Assembly: GCF_009834535.1 (NCBI RefSeq)
Contig: NC_045696.1
Span: forward strand, 33,048,001 to 33,112,000
Source: Camelus ferus
Lineage: Eukaryota
Direction of reading: 5' to 3'
Length of the DNA: 64,000 bases
How positions within the stretch are numbered: position 1 is the first letter of the stretch; each line of letters begins with the position of its first letter. This document shows positions 13,975 through 24,290 of the stretch, piece by piece. Below the pieces are notes generated by a model. That model was not told the DNA's origin. It ran no database searches and saw only the letters and a program-made list of their open reading frames with translations. A program made the position numbers and the translations under genes.

Positions 13975-16126
13975 GTTTGATAACATATTTTCTCCCCTAA
14001 GTGCTGATGTACGTATCTTTGGTACAGTATACGCAGCATACAGTGCCAGGAAGGGGAGTGAATCAGGCTAGGCACACCAGGGGTTTCATGGTTGGGTACG
14101 TGAATGAATGAATGAACATGCATTCCGCCACCAGAAAGAGCAATTCCAATAGGAAACTATCATTACATATGGCAAGTGGAATACAGTTGGATTAACAGAA
14201 AAACTAGAAACATAAGCATTGTGAAATGGCCTTTTTATACTTAACCCTTTTCTACATGACTGCCTTGAATAGAACTCAGTACCACGGAGCCCCATCCAGC
14301 TTCCACTATCGGAGCGGCCCCTGCCGTGATGGCAGCAGCCAACAGACAGCATCTCTGGTTCCTGTAGCACCAGGCTTGAGAGCACCCAATAGCTTTCTCC
14401 TTTCTAAATTTTTTTTCCTTTCCAAGCTTTATAATGTTTGAGACTCAAAGTGATGAAAAGGATAAGATATATCCAGATTGCCTCTATTATGTCTTTGCTC
14501 AGTTCAACTCCTCGTTCATGTACCTCTTTGACAAATGAACCCAGATAACAATCTTACCTTTGTGTGGCTAAGCAGAGGGTACAAGAATATACAGCTGGTC
14601 AGAAGGTGGAGCTGGGATTAGAACTCTTGTCTGGCTTTTAGTCTTTTTATGTCAGTGGTTCTGCAGTTCATGTACCAGCTAGAGCAGCTTCCCTAAGTGG
14701 GGAGACTGGCCGTGGGCAGGGAAGAGCAGGAGGAGACTCCCCTCCCCCTTCCACTGAAACCCATTAAAGTGTCCTTCACTTAATCAGCAAGATTTTGTTG
14801 TCCACGCCTGTGGATTGGAAGAAATCAGATGAGCAACTCATGATAGCATGGTCCATGGACTTTGGAAGTTGGTAAGAGTAACTAATAGAGCAAATGCTAG
14901 GAGACTGGCTGCTTCAAATGGAAGTACGTGATGGTCTCACAGGTAATTAGCAGGGAAACATGTAGTGTAATTTCAGGGACTGCAGTTAAACCAGCCACTA
15001 GAATCCTGAAAGTAGGAGTTTTTCAGGTTTTAGATATGGGTTAGGGGAATAGGAGTAACCAGAAATTCTTGGTCCACGTGCTTAATGTTACTTTTTTGTT
15101 TCAATCAGTCTTCTTAATAAAATAGAGAACATAGCTTATTTATTTCAGACAGTTGTAAGTTTTCTTGAGAGAGGGCTATAACATGGGTAAAACATCACTC
15201 AAACTAATTAATGGGAAAATCCATGGAAGTTTGCAGAAAGTATTGCGCTATGTCATCAAAACAGCTGTTTTGTATTCACTGTGAACTTGGCGAAAGATTC
15301 TGTCCTGGGGGCTATGAAAAGATGACACATAAATTCTCAATGAGCACAAGAGGTGTTTACATTTACTGGGGAGGCTAAGATACGGGTAAAAATACCTGTG
15401 ATGCAAAATATTTAAATTGGTAAATTAAATTACCATTATAGCCAGAGTAAATATTTTTAGTAATAGGAGAGAAAAATTAATTAAATGAAAATTCAGTTGT
15501 TCAAGGTTCAGGAAGCAAAACTGATTATTAAGGCATTTCAGCAACATGATAATTAGTAGGATGATTCAGTTTTGCACTAAGCCCAATTTGACCTTACAGA
15601 AATTGAAATCTCAGTCTCCTAACAAGACAGAAACTATCAGATGAGAAAAGAGCAATTATGAATTGATGCCCAGGCTCTGACAACTATTTACATAAAAGTG
15701 TGTCCTCTAATGCAGTGCAGGAGTATTTTGTCAGACAATAATGCTTGGAGGCATTAAAAAGCACCTGCTACTTTAAAAAGTTTTGCCTTGGCAGACAGGC
15801 ATCAAACTGAAAATTATGGATACAAATTTCCATTGTTTGAAAACATGCTCATTAGGATAGATAAAAACAAGGGCTACTTGTCACTTACTTTCTTTGTTGT
15901 ATAGTCAGTACTGTCTAATATCTGTTTCCTTTACTAAGTGTAAGCACATAGATTGTGCTGGTGAACATTTTTATGTGTGTCTTATTGTTAAAGAATAATC
16001 AAAGAAGACAATTTGGGCAGTACAGACTTTGACCTTTCATGAAATGGACAGTCTTCATTCTGAGAACTGCAGAATCTGGCAGAAGACGGGAAACTTTTAC
16101 AGGATAAAGACTAAAGAACAAGAAAG

Positions 16127-17524
16127 TCAAGGATATACAATAGAGTAAAGACAGGCTCTTCAACAAGTGGTGTTGGGAAAACTGGACAGCCACATGTAAA
16201 TCAGTTAAGTTAGAACACTCCCTCACACCACACAAAAAAATAAACTCCAAATGGCTTAAAGATTTAAATATAAGACAAGACACTATACACCTCCTAGAAG
16301 AAAACATAGGCAAAACATTTTCTGACCTAAATCTTAGCAGTGTTCTCCTTAGGGTAGTCTACCCAGACAAGAGAAATAAAAGCAAAAATGAACAAATGGG
16401 ACCTAATTTAACTAATGAGCTTTTGCACAGCAAAGGAAACCATAAGTGAAACAAAATGACAGCCTATGTAATGGGAGAAAATATTTGCAAAGGATGAGAC
16501 TGACAGGTGCTTAATTTCCAGCATATATAAACAGCTCACATAGCTTAATAACAACAACAACAAAAACAGAAACAATCCAATCCAAAAATGGACAGAAGAC
16601 CTAAAAAGCAATTCTCCACTGAAGACATACAAATAGCCAATAGGCACATGAAAAAATGGTCAGTATTGCTAATGATCAGAGAAATGCAAATCAAAACTAC
16701 CATGAGGTATCACCTCACACCAGTTAGAATGACCATTACTTAAAAGTCCACAAATGATAAATGCTGGAAAGGGTGCAGAGAAAAGGGAACCCTCCTACAC
16801 TGTTGGTGGGAATGTAGTTTGCTGAAACCATTGTGGAAAGCAGGATGGAGTTTCCTCAAAAGACTGAAAACAGACTTACCAGTTGATCCAGCAATCCCGC
16901 TCCTGGGCATATATCCAGAGGGAACTTTAATTCAAAAAGACACCTGCACCCCAATGTTCATAGCAGCACTATTTACAATAGCCAAGACATGGAAACAACC
17001 TAAACATCCATTGACAGATGACTGGATAAAGAAGTTGTGGTATATTTATACAGTGGAATATTGTTCAGCCATAAAAAAGAATAAAAATAATGCCTTTTGA
17101 AGTAAAAGGGATGGACCTAAGTGAAGTAAGCCAGAAAGAAAAAGAAAAATACGATATGCTGTCACTCATATGAGGAACCAAAAAAAAAAAAAAAAAGAGG
17201 GAGAGACACAAATGAACTTATTTACAAAACAGAAACAGATTCACAGACATAGAAAACAATCTTATGGTTACCAGTGGGGAATGGGGGTGGGAAAGGATAA
17301 ATTGGAGTTTGAGATTTGCAGATACTGACTACTATATATAAAATAGATATATAAGAAGTTTCTTCTGTATAGCACAGGGAACTATATTCAATATCTTGTA
17401 ATAACCTATAATGAAAAAATATGAAAACGAATATATTTATGTGTATGTATAACTGAAACATTATGCGATACACCAGAAATTGACACAACATTGTAAACTG
17501 ACCATACTTCAATAAACAAACAAA
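16127..17524 (+). mobile_element. Young 5'-truncated L1 (ORF2 C-terminus plus 3'UTR) with 14-bp TSD
   Basis: Peptide [40 protein letters not shown] and an A-rich tail. TSD aaagaacaagaaag at 16113-16126 and 17525-17538. Confidence 0.95.
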
Positions 17525-17882
17525 AAAGAACAAGAAAGGGGAAAAAAACATCTGATTGGCTAGGGCCACACAGTCAACCTTGTTTGAGGTGAGACGGAAC
17601 AAGCATATAAGTATGGAGCCCAGAGTTGGTTTAGTGTTTAGGGATTAGCTAACTGGATGTACTGTGTTTCTGGTCAAGCAGATCATTTACAGGGACAGGG
17701 AAGTTATCTAGGGTTTGGTTTGCTGAAGAAAGAAAGAAACAAAGACAATTTGCCTAAAAAAGAAATCAAATTCCATAAGCACTAAAAGTAATTTCTTTTT
17801 GTTCTCCCCCTTGAAGAATACCTGGTTTAAACATACTTGTAATCTACAGAATGACTCAATATGCAATTTGGATTTCTACCAC

Positions 17883-18487
17883 CGTAATTAGTGTCTTATG
17901 CTATAAAATAGGTTACTACCAAATCTGTGGCTTATTACAACACAAATTCATTATTTCATGTTTTGTGGATGAGACTGGGTTTCCCAGGGCTGAAGTCAAG
18001 GTTTTGGCTGTACTGTTTCTTGTGGAGGCTCTGGGGATGAATCTGCTTCCAAGATCATTCGGGTTGTTGGCAGAATTAAGTTGCGTGCAGTTTTAGGACT
18101 GGAGCCCCCGTTTCCTTGTTGGCTGTCAAGGCCTTTCTTATTTTCTGGAGGCTGCCCACCTTCCGGGTTCGTGGCCCTCTTCCTCCAATTTCAAGCCAGT
18201 AAAAGAGAGTTGCATCCTTGCCTTTGGATTCACCTCCCTGCTGCCTCTCTCTCCTGCCACATCTCCTGCTTCCAGCTGGGACATTTTTCTGCTTTTAAGA
18301 TTCAGGTGATTAGATTGGGCCCACCTGGACCGTCCGGGTTGCTCCCCCTGCTTTAAAATAAGTCAGTTGATTAGGAACGTGATTCCATCAGCAGTGTCCT
18401 TGCTCAGCAGTACAGCACCTAGATTAGTGTTGGCTTAAATAACCAGGCAGCCTTACAGAAACCTTTTTTGTAATTTTGCCTACCATA
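17883..18487 (-). mobile_element. MaLR solo LTR (MLT1E-like)
   Basis: taccaaatctgtggcttattacaacacaaattcattat...ggctgaagtcaaggtttt...ggaggctctggggatgaatctgcttccaagatcattc...gattagattgggcccacctgga...gcctaccata. Confidence 0.8.
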
Positions 18488-19178
18488 GTCATTACCTTTT
18501 ATCTGGTGATCTTTATAAGTAAATTTGAGATATTATTTAAAGACCAACACTTAATTCCTCATTCAGATACACTTGAAAAACAGACAACTTCAACATAAAC
18601 TGATTATGAATATATTTCTTCCATGAAGAACTAATCATTACTGAAAATTACCATTATTTGAAAATAAAGGCCTTTATAAACAGTGAAATCCCATTTAAGC
18701 CCAGGTGTTTGTAAGAAAATAATACATTTTTATGATTCTACCTTTTGAAAATGGTACTTAGGCAAGAAGGTATAAAGTCCCTGTTTTTTGTTCACCCCAC
18801 TGTCTCGACAAATACATACATCAACTTTAAACTTTGTCCAGTTTGAAGAAGTCACAGAACTTCCCTATGTAACTTTCACTGTATATAGTGATTATTTCAC
18901 CTAAATTCTTCATGCTAAACCTCAGAATGTTAAATGATTCATCCAAAGTCAAATGATTGGTACTTGGAAGCCAGCCCTTTTATTTCCTTGAATATCAAAA
19001 TATTTCTTGATATAGATCAAATGTCATTAAACATAGATAATGTAAGTTTTCCTTTAATATTTACCTGCTTACAGAATTATTGGGTTAGTATTATCTTTCA
19101 AAAGTTTTTTTTTAAGATTTTTAATATTATCTTATTTGCTTTTAGTTACCTCTTTCTCTTGGATAATCAAACTTAGTG

Positions 19179-19245
19179 AATATATATAATATATATATAA
19201 ATATACATATACACATATATTTATATATATATTGTATATATATAT
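19179..19245. repeat. Imperfect (TA)n microsatellite
   Basis: Direct inspection. Confidence 0.85.
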
Positions 19246-19532
19246 GTTTTTCAGTTATCAAGGTTATTAAAATGTTCCTCACTGAACCAGACTAAATCTG
19301 ACAGTAATCAATCAGAACCTCTACAGGTGACCTTGTAACTAGCTATGTAACTTGCTAAATGTTTTACTTCAGCTACTAATAAGTTTAACAAAAAGACCAA
19401 AAAAAGTCGTGTCAATGCAAAGTTTAATCAGATGTTTCTTTTCCTTGAAATTCTAAGTTGTTTTTGTTTTTTGTTTTTTGTTTTTAACTAGAAAGTGGTG
19501 TATGAGCTTTTCTATATGGCTATGTTTCTTTT

Positions 19533-19701
19533 TTTTTTTTTTTTTTTGAGTAAAGGTAGATTTATTCAGAGAGATACATTGAAAGGCACGAGAAAGGCCA
19601 TGAGGTGTGGGGGTTGGGTGCTCAGATTAAAAGTAGGTACACACTCCATAGACAGAGTGTGGGCCGTCTCCGTCTCCAAAGAGGGAGGGAGAGGGGACAG
19701 C
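19533..19701 (-). mobile_element. L1-mobilised short retroposon derived from an ERV1-LTR R-like region (poly(A) plus TSD)
   Basis: 154-nt body (19548-19701). AATAAA (19566-19561) lies 13 nt before the A-tail (T-run 19529-19547). 13-bp TSD ctatgtttctttt (19520-19532 / 19702-19714). The motif acggcccacactctgtctatggagtgtgta...ctctctgaataaatctacc resembles laurasiatherian ERV1 LTR R regions. Confidence 0.8.
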
Positions 19702-19882
19702 CTATGTTTCTTTTATCTGCAGCTTTAAAAAAATTATGTGATGATGATCTTTCCAGTATTTTTAGATACTTTTAGCTCTTATGACACCTAACATTTTAGA
19801 TATTACAGACTTATATAATCAAATCATGTGCAATTTTTGTTTTTCCTTTAAAAATGAAGATTGTTACTTCACATCCTTTTTT

Positions 19883-20290
19883 GTTCACTCATCCATTTAT
19901 CTGGTGTTTATTGGGCAACTATGTTGTGTCGGGGACACACAATAAAAAACATGAAATTCCCACCCTCATAACATTTACATTCTAATGTGGAGATAAATAA
20001 GAAACAGAGGGAAAAAAATCCTTTCTATTTCAGAAAGTTTAAGTGCTGGAACAAAATAAAGCGGTGTAAACAGGGAGAGAACAAAGGCAGGGTGGCAGGT
20101 GTGCTGTTTTACAGAGGAGGTGGGGAGGGGTGGATGGAGCCGGTGCAGACACCTGAGTCCGGGGAAGAGCTGGGGGAGGGGCTTCATGGGTAGAAGGTGA
20201 GCAGGTGCGAGTCCTGAGCCCAGAGTGAGCCTGGAGGCATGAGGGAGCAAGCAGCCGAGTCGGCTGCACAGGGAAGGTGATAGAAAGCTC
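19883..20290 (-). mobile_element. L2 3' portion
   Basis: ttcactcatccatt...tttattgggcaactatgttgtg...ccctcataacatttacattctaatgtggagata. Confidence 0.65.
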
Positions 20291-20299
20291 AGAGAAGAG

Positions 20300-20534
20300 C
20301 AGGCCCAGCCCTCACATTTCAGGATGGGGCTAGAGTCCAAATGAAGGTTCCAGATCACATGCCTAAAATTAAAAAGTTCTAAATCAAGCTGCAGTCACGG
20401 CCTGGCCAGCATCCCTACCTCACGACCTGGAGGTTGAAGGGGGCTTTTCTCTTTGGCCAGGCTTGGGGCCTCTGAGCCTGGTTGAGAGCACTGATGAGTT
20501 GAGGCTGGGCAGAGGGGAACCTGGGGTGGTACTC
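20300..20534. mobile_element. hAT-Tip100 non-autonomous element (MER115/Zaphod-like), internally deleted
   Basis: 5' end gctagagtccaaatgaaggttccagatcacatgcctaaaattaaaaagttctaaatcaagct and 3' end ...ggggtggtactc resemble the recalled consensus. No clean 8-bp TSD. Confidence 0.5.
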
Positions 20535-21217
20535 AGGATGCCTGGATGGTCACTAGACCCAGTTGAATCCAAGCAAGAGCCTGACCTGGTCCATCTCCGC
20601 AGAGAGCCGGAATAGGGTAGGTTTTCCTCGCCATGCCAAATTTTTCTGACTTGGGATTTCTAGGCTGCTTGAAAAGCCTTCCACTTACCTCATCCCAGAG
20701 GAGGCAGCTTGGATGACTTGGGAGACCTTCAGCTTTAAACACAGGTAGGCGGTTTTTTCCTCTATCATGCATCTTCATCTGGCACGTCTTCTGTAATTCT
20801 TGTTTGACAGTTAAACTTTCAAAAACTGTTCTAAAGGGACAAAAAGAAAAAAAAAATCCTTGTGTTTTGATATCTGTGAAAAACATCACTTACTAATATG
20901 CAGGAGGCTCCGAGGGTGGACTGAAGGTGAGGGTTGAGAGATTGTCAGGGCCAAGCCTCCTAGAGGTTTTAAGGCTGTGTTAGAAATTCAGATATTTATC
21001 TTCACGCAGTAGAACATGTTTGGAGGGTTGACTCTAGACTTAGATTGAAAGTCTGTTTGTAGGGTTCCGCCAGTCGAAATGTTTCCTCATTGTGAGTTGG
21101 CAAATTGCATGTTTCTTTTCTTGCAATCTCGACTTCATTCTCAGTGAATTGTGCCATTGTATCTTTGGTGATTATAGGCTGTGAACTCATCCTAGGTGGG
21201 ACTTCATCTGTGGATAT

Positions 21218-21432
21218 ATTTTTTTTCCAAATTTTGGAGCAATATCAAACTTAGAAAAACGTTAGAAATCTGGCCCAAATAAAACTTCTCATTTTTTCCC
21301 CAACTATCTGAGAGTAGATTGTCAAAGTCAAACTCCATTAATTCCAAATACTTTATATTTCCTACAAACAAGAGTATTGTGTGTAACCACAAAATAACCA
21401 TCACATTCAGGAAACTAACATTTATGCAGTAC
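21218..21432 (-). mobile_element. L1MC4-like 3' end
   Basis: T-run followed by ...tatttcctacaaacaagagtatt...aaccacaaaataaccatcacattcaggaaactaacatt. Confidence 0.7.
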
Positions 21433-22023
21433 AGCTGTTGAGACTCCGAAGGCTCCATGGAACTAGACTTTGGAGAGGTTGCAGTTATTTGTAGGGATAA
21501 AGATCATCTATTGACATTGGAGTGAGCGGCTGAAGTAAAGACTATTGAAGGAGAGTAATTAATAGAACTGATAGGCCCCAGTTTGAAAGGTTTATCTGCA
21601 CCTGTGTTGAAATCATTTATGACAGGTAATTCTGGTAGAGCTAAAAGGGGAACCAGAAGAAACAATCTAGGGGTTAGATAGGTAAAAGAAAAATTGTGGA
21701 GTAGTTGGTAACAGAATATGATAACATGGGATTCAGGGTTGAATGTTGTTGTCATTGGAGACGAGAGAATGTTTTAAAAATCTGTGAAGGGTATCATGGA
21801 CAGCTAGATCATCTCCACTCCCAGAGGAACAGAACTGTGCAGAGAAGATACAGCCGCTGCCTGACAGGCCCCCAGGGAAAGGCAGGCCTTCAGGAGAAAG
21901 TGGGGATTATCTTGAACAAGAAGGTGACAAGAATGATTGTGTCCTTGACTTAAATGACTGCAATCTCAAATGTGCTTTGAATATTATATTCAAAACTTTT
22001 TGTATTTTGTATTGAGAGGGTTT

Positions 22024-23246
22024 AAAATTTTTTTTTAACTTTTCAATTTAATTGAAGTCAGCTACAGTGTCTCAATTTCTGGTGTACAGCATAATATCCC
22101 AGTCATACATACATATATGTACATATATTTGTTTTCATGTTCTTTTTCATTAAAGGTTATTACAAGATACTGAATATAGTTACCTGCATTATACAGAACA
22201 AATTTGTTTTTTTAATCTATTTTTATATAGAGTACTTAATATTTGCAAATCTCAAACTCCCAATTTATCCCTTCCCACCCCCGTTTCCCCAGGGACCGTA
22301 AGATTGTTTACTATGTCTGGGAGTCTGTTTCTGTTTTGTAGATGAGTTCATTAATGTCTTTTTTCTTTTTTAAAATGCCACATATGAATAATATCGTATG
22401 GTATTTTTCTTTCTCTTTCTGGCTTACTTCACTTAGAATGATGATCTCCAGATCCATCCATGTTGCTGCAAATGGCATTATTTTATTCTTTTTTTTTTTT
22501 TTTTACAGCTGAGTAGTATTCCATTGAATAAATATACCACAACTTTATCCAGTCATCTGTCAATGGACGTTTAGGTTGTTTCCATGTCTTGGCTGTTGTA
22601 AATAGTGCTGCTGTGAACATTGGGGTGCATGTATTTTTTCAAATTAGAGTTCTCTCTGGGTATACCTAGGAGTGGGATTGCTGGATCATATGGTAAGTCT
22701 GTTTTTAGTCTTTTGAGGAGTCTCCACCCTGTTTTCCATAATGGCTACACCAAACTACATTCCCACCAACAGTGTAGGAGGGTTGCCCTTTCTCCACACC
22801 CTTTCCAGCATTTATCATTTGTGGACTTTTAAATGATAGCCATTCTGACTGAGGTAATACTTCATTGTAGTTTTGATTTGCGTTTCTCTGATAATTAACA
22901 ATATTGAGCATTTTTTATGTGCCTATTAGCCACTTATATATCTTCACTGGAGAGTTGCTTGTTTAGGTCTTCTGTCCATTTTGGGGTTGGGTTGGCTTTT
23001 TTGTTATTAAGTTGTATCAGCTGTTTATATATTCTGGAAATTAAGCTTTTGTCAGACTCATCATTTGCAAATATTTTCTCCCATTCCATAGGTTTTCATT
23101 TTGTTTTGCTTATGGTTTCTTTTGCTGTGCAAAAGCTTATAAGTTTAATTAGGTTTCATTTGTTTGTCTTTGCTTTCAATTTCTATTGTCTGGGTAGACT
23201 GCCCTAGGAGAACATTGCTAAGATTTATGTCAGAGAGTGTTTTGCC
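22024..23246 (-). mobile_element. Young 5'-truncated L1 with TSD, same subfamily as 16127-17524
   Basis: The 3'UTR and ORF2 C-terminus are homologous to the 16-17 kb copy. TSD ttgtattgagagg at 22007-22019 and 23247-23259. Confidence 0.95.
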
Positions 23247-23469
23247 TTGTATTGAGAGGTTTTTACGATATCTAGATTGCCTTGTTTTCAGAAGTTTTCT
23301 GAAGTTGTGGGCAGGGAGGAGAGAGAGAAGAGAGAAAGGGGGAGAAGTGGGGAAAGGAGGGAGGGAGGAGGGTTTCTTTATAGAAATAGTACCAAGGAGT
23401 AGAACTAACTGCATTTTATTCAGAGCCCTAAAATTCACTGTATATTTGGGACATGAAGTTACCCAGGAT

Positions 23470-24115
23470 TTTTTTTTCTTCTCATTTTCCTTTAACTCCA
23501 GACTGTCAATCAAATCCTGTATTTTCCATCTCCAAAAATTACCTGCAGTCAGCTTCTCTCCGGCTCTCACCTGCCTCCACTCTAGTCTAACCAGCAGCAT
23601 CACTTGCATTTGTACTGTTCTCCCTGACTCCAATTTTAACAGCTTCAATTTATTCTCCACATATTAGGCAGCTTCATAAAAACACATCAAATCATGTCAC
23701 TTCTTGGACTTAAACCCTTCAACTGCTTTCCACTCTCCTCAGGATGAATTTAAAACTGTACCAGAGATAGTAACTTATTACGTGAAATGTCTGCCCACTT
23801 TTCCAGCATCATTTCTTGCCGTTTCTCCATAGCGTGTAACAATCCAGCCACATGGACTTCCTGTCAGCTTTTAATCTATTCCAGACTCTTCATAGTACAA
23901 AAATTGTCACACATTTTCCTTTCCTCTCTGCTCCTTCCTCCCTCCAACACACATATACATACCTGACCCCGTTCTATTCATGACTCATTCCTTTGCGTAC
24001 TTCTGGGTCCCTTTTTACATGTTGCATTGTTTGAGGGGTCTTTGTTTACTATTCTTTCAGTCAGTTATTGGGTTATTCTCTACCTCTGCATTCAGTGTGT
24101 TTTCTTCATAACAGA

Positions 24116-24150
<35 letters not shown>

Positions 24151-24290
24151 TTTGTTATGTGATTTATTTATTGTCTATTTCCCAAGAGGAATATGCTAGC
24201 AAAATGCAGAATCCATATGTGTTTCATTAGTTAACAAATGCCTGCTACCTGGTACTTAATACACAGTTACTGAATGATTGAGTGAATTAT
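23470..24290 (+). mobile_element. L2 3' region containing a (CT)n(CA)n microsatellite (~24116-24150)
   Basis: aatcatgtcacttcttggacttaaacccttcaactgctttcc...tgcctgctacctggtacttaata...tgaatgattgagtgaat. Confidence 0.7.

Noticed and set aside
23145..23667. Longest ORFs (171 and 167 aa, opposite strands)
   Set aside because: They span an L1 end, a purine-rich tract and an L2 remnant. Low complexity, no recognisable domain, non-ATG starts.
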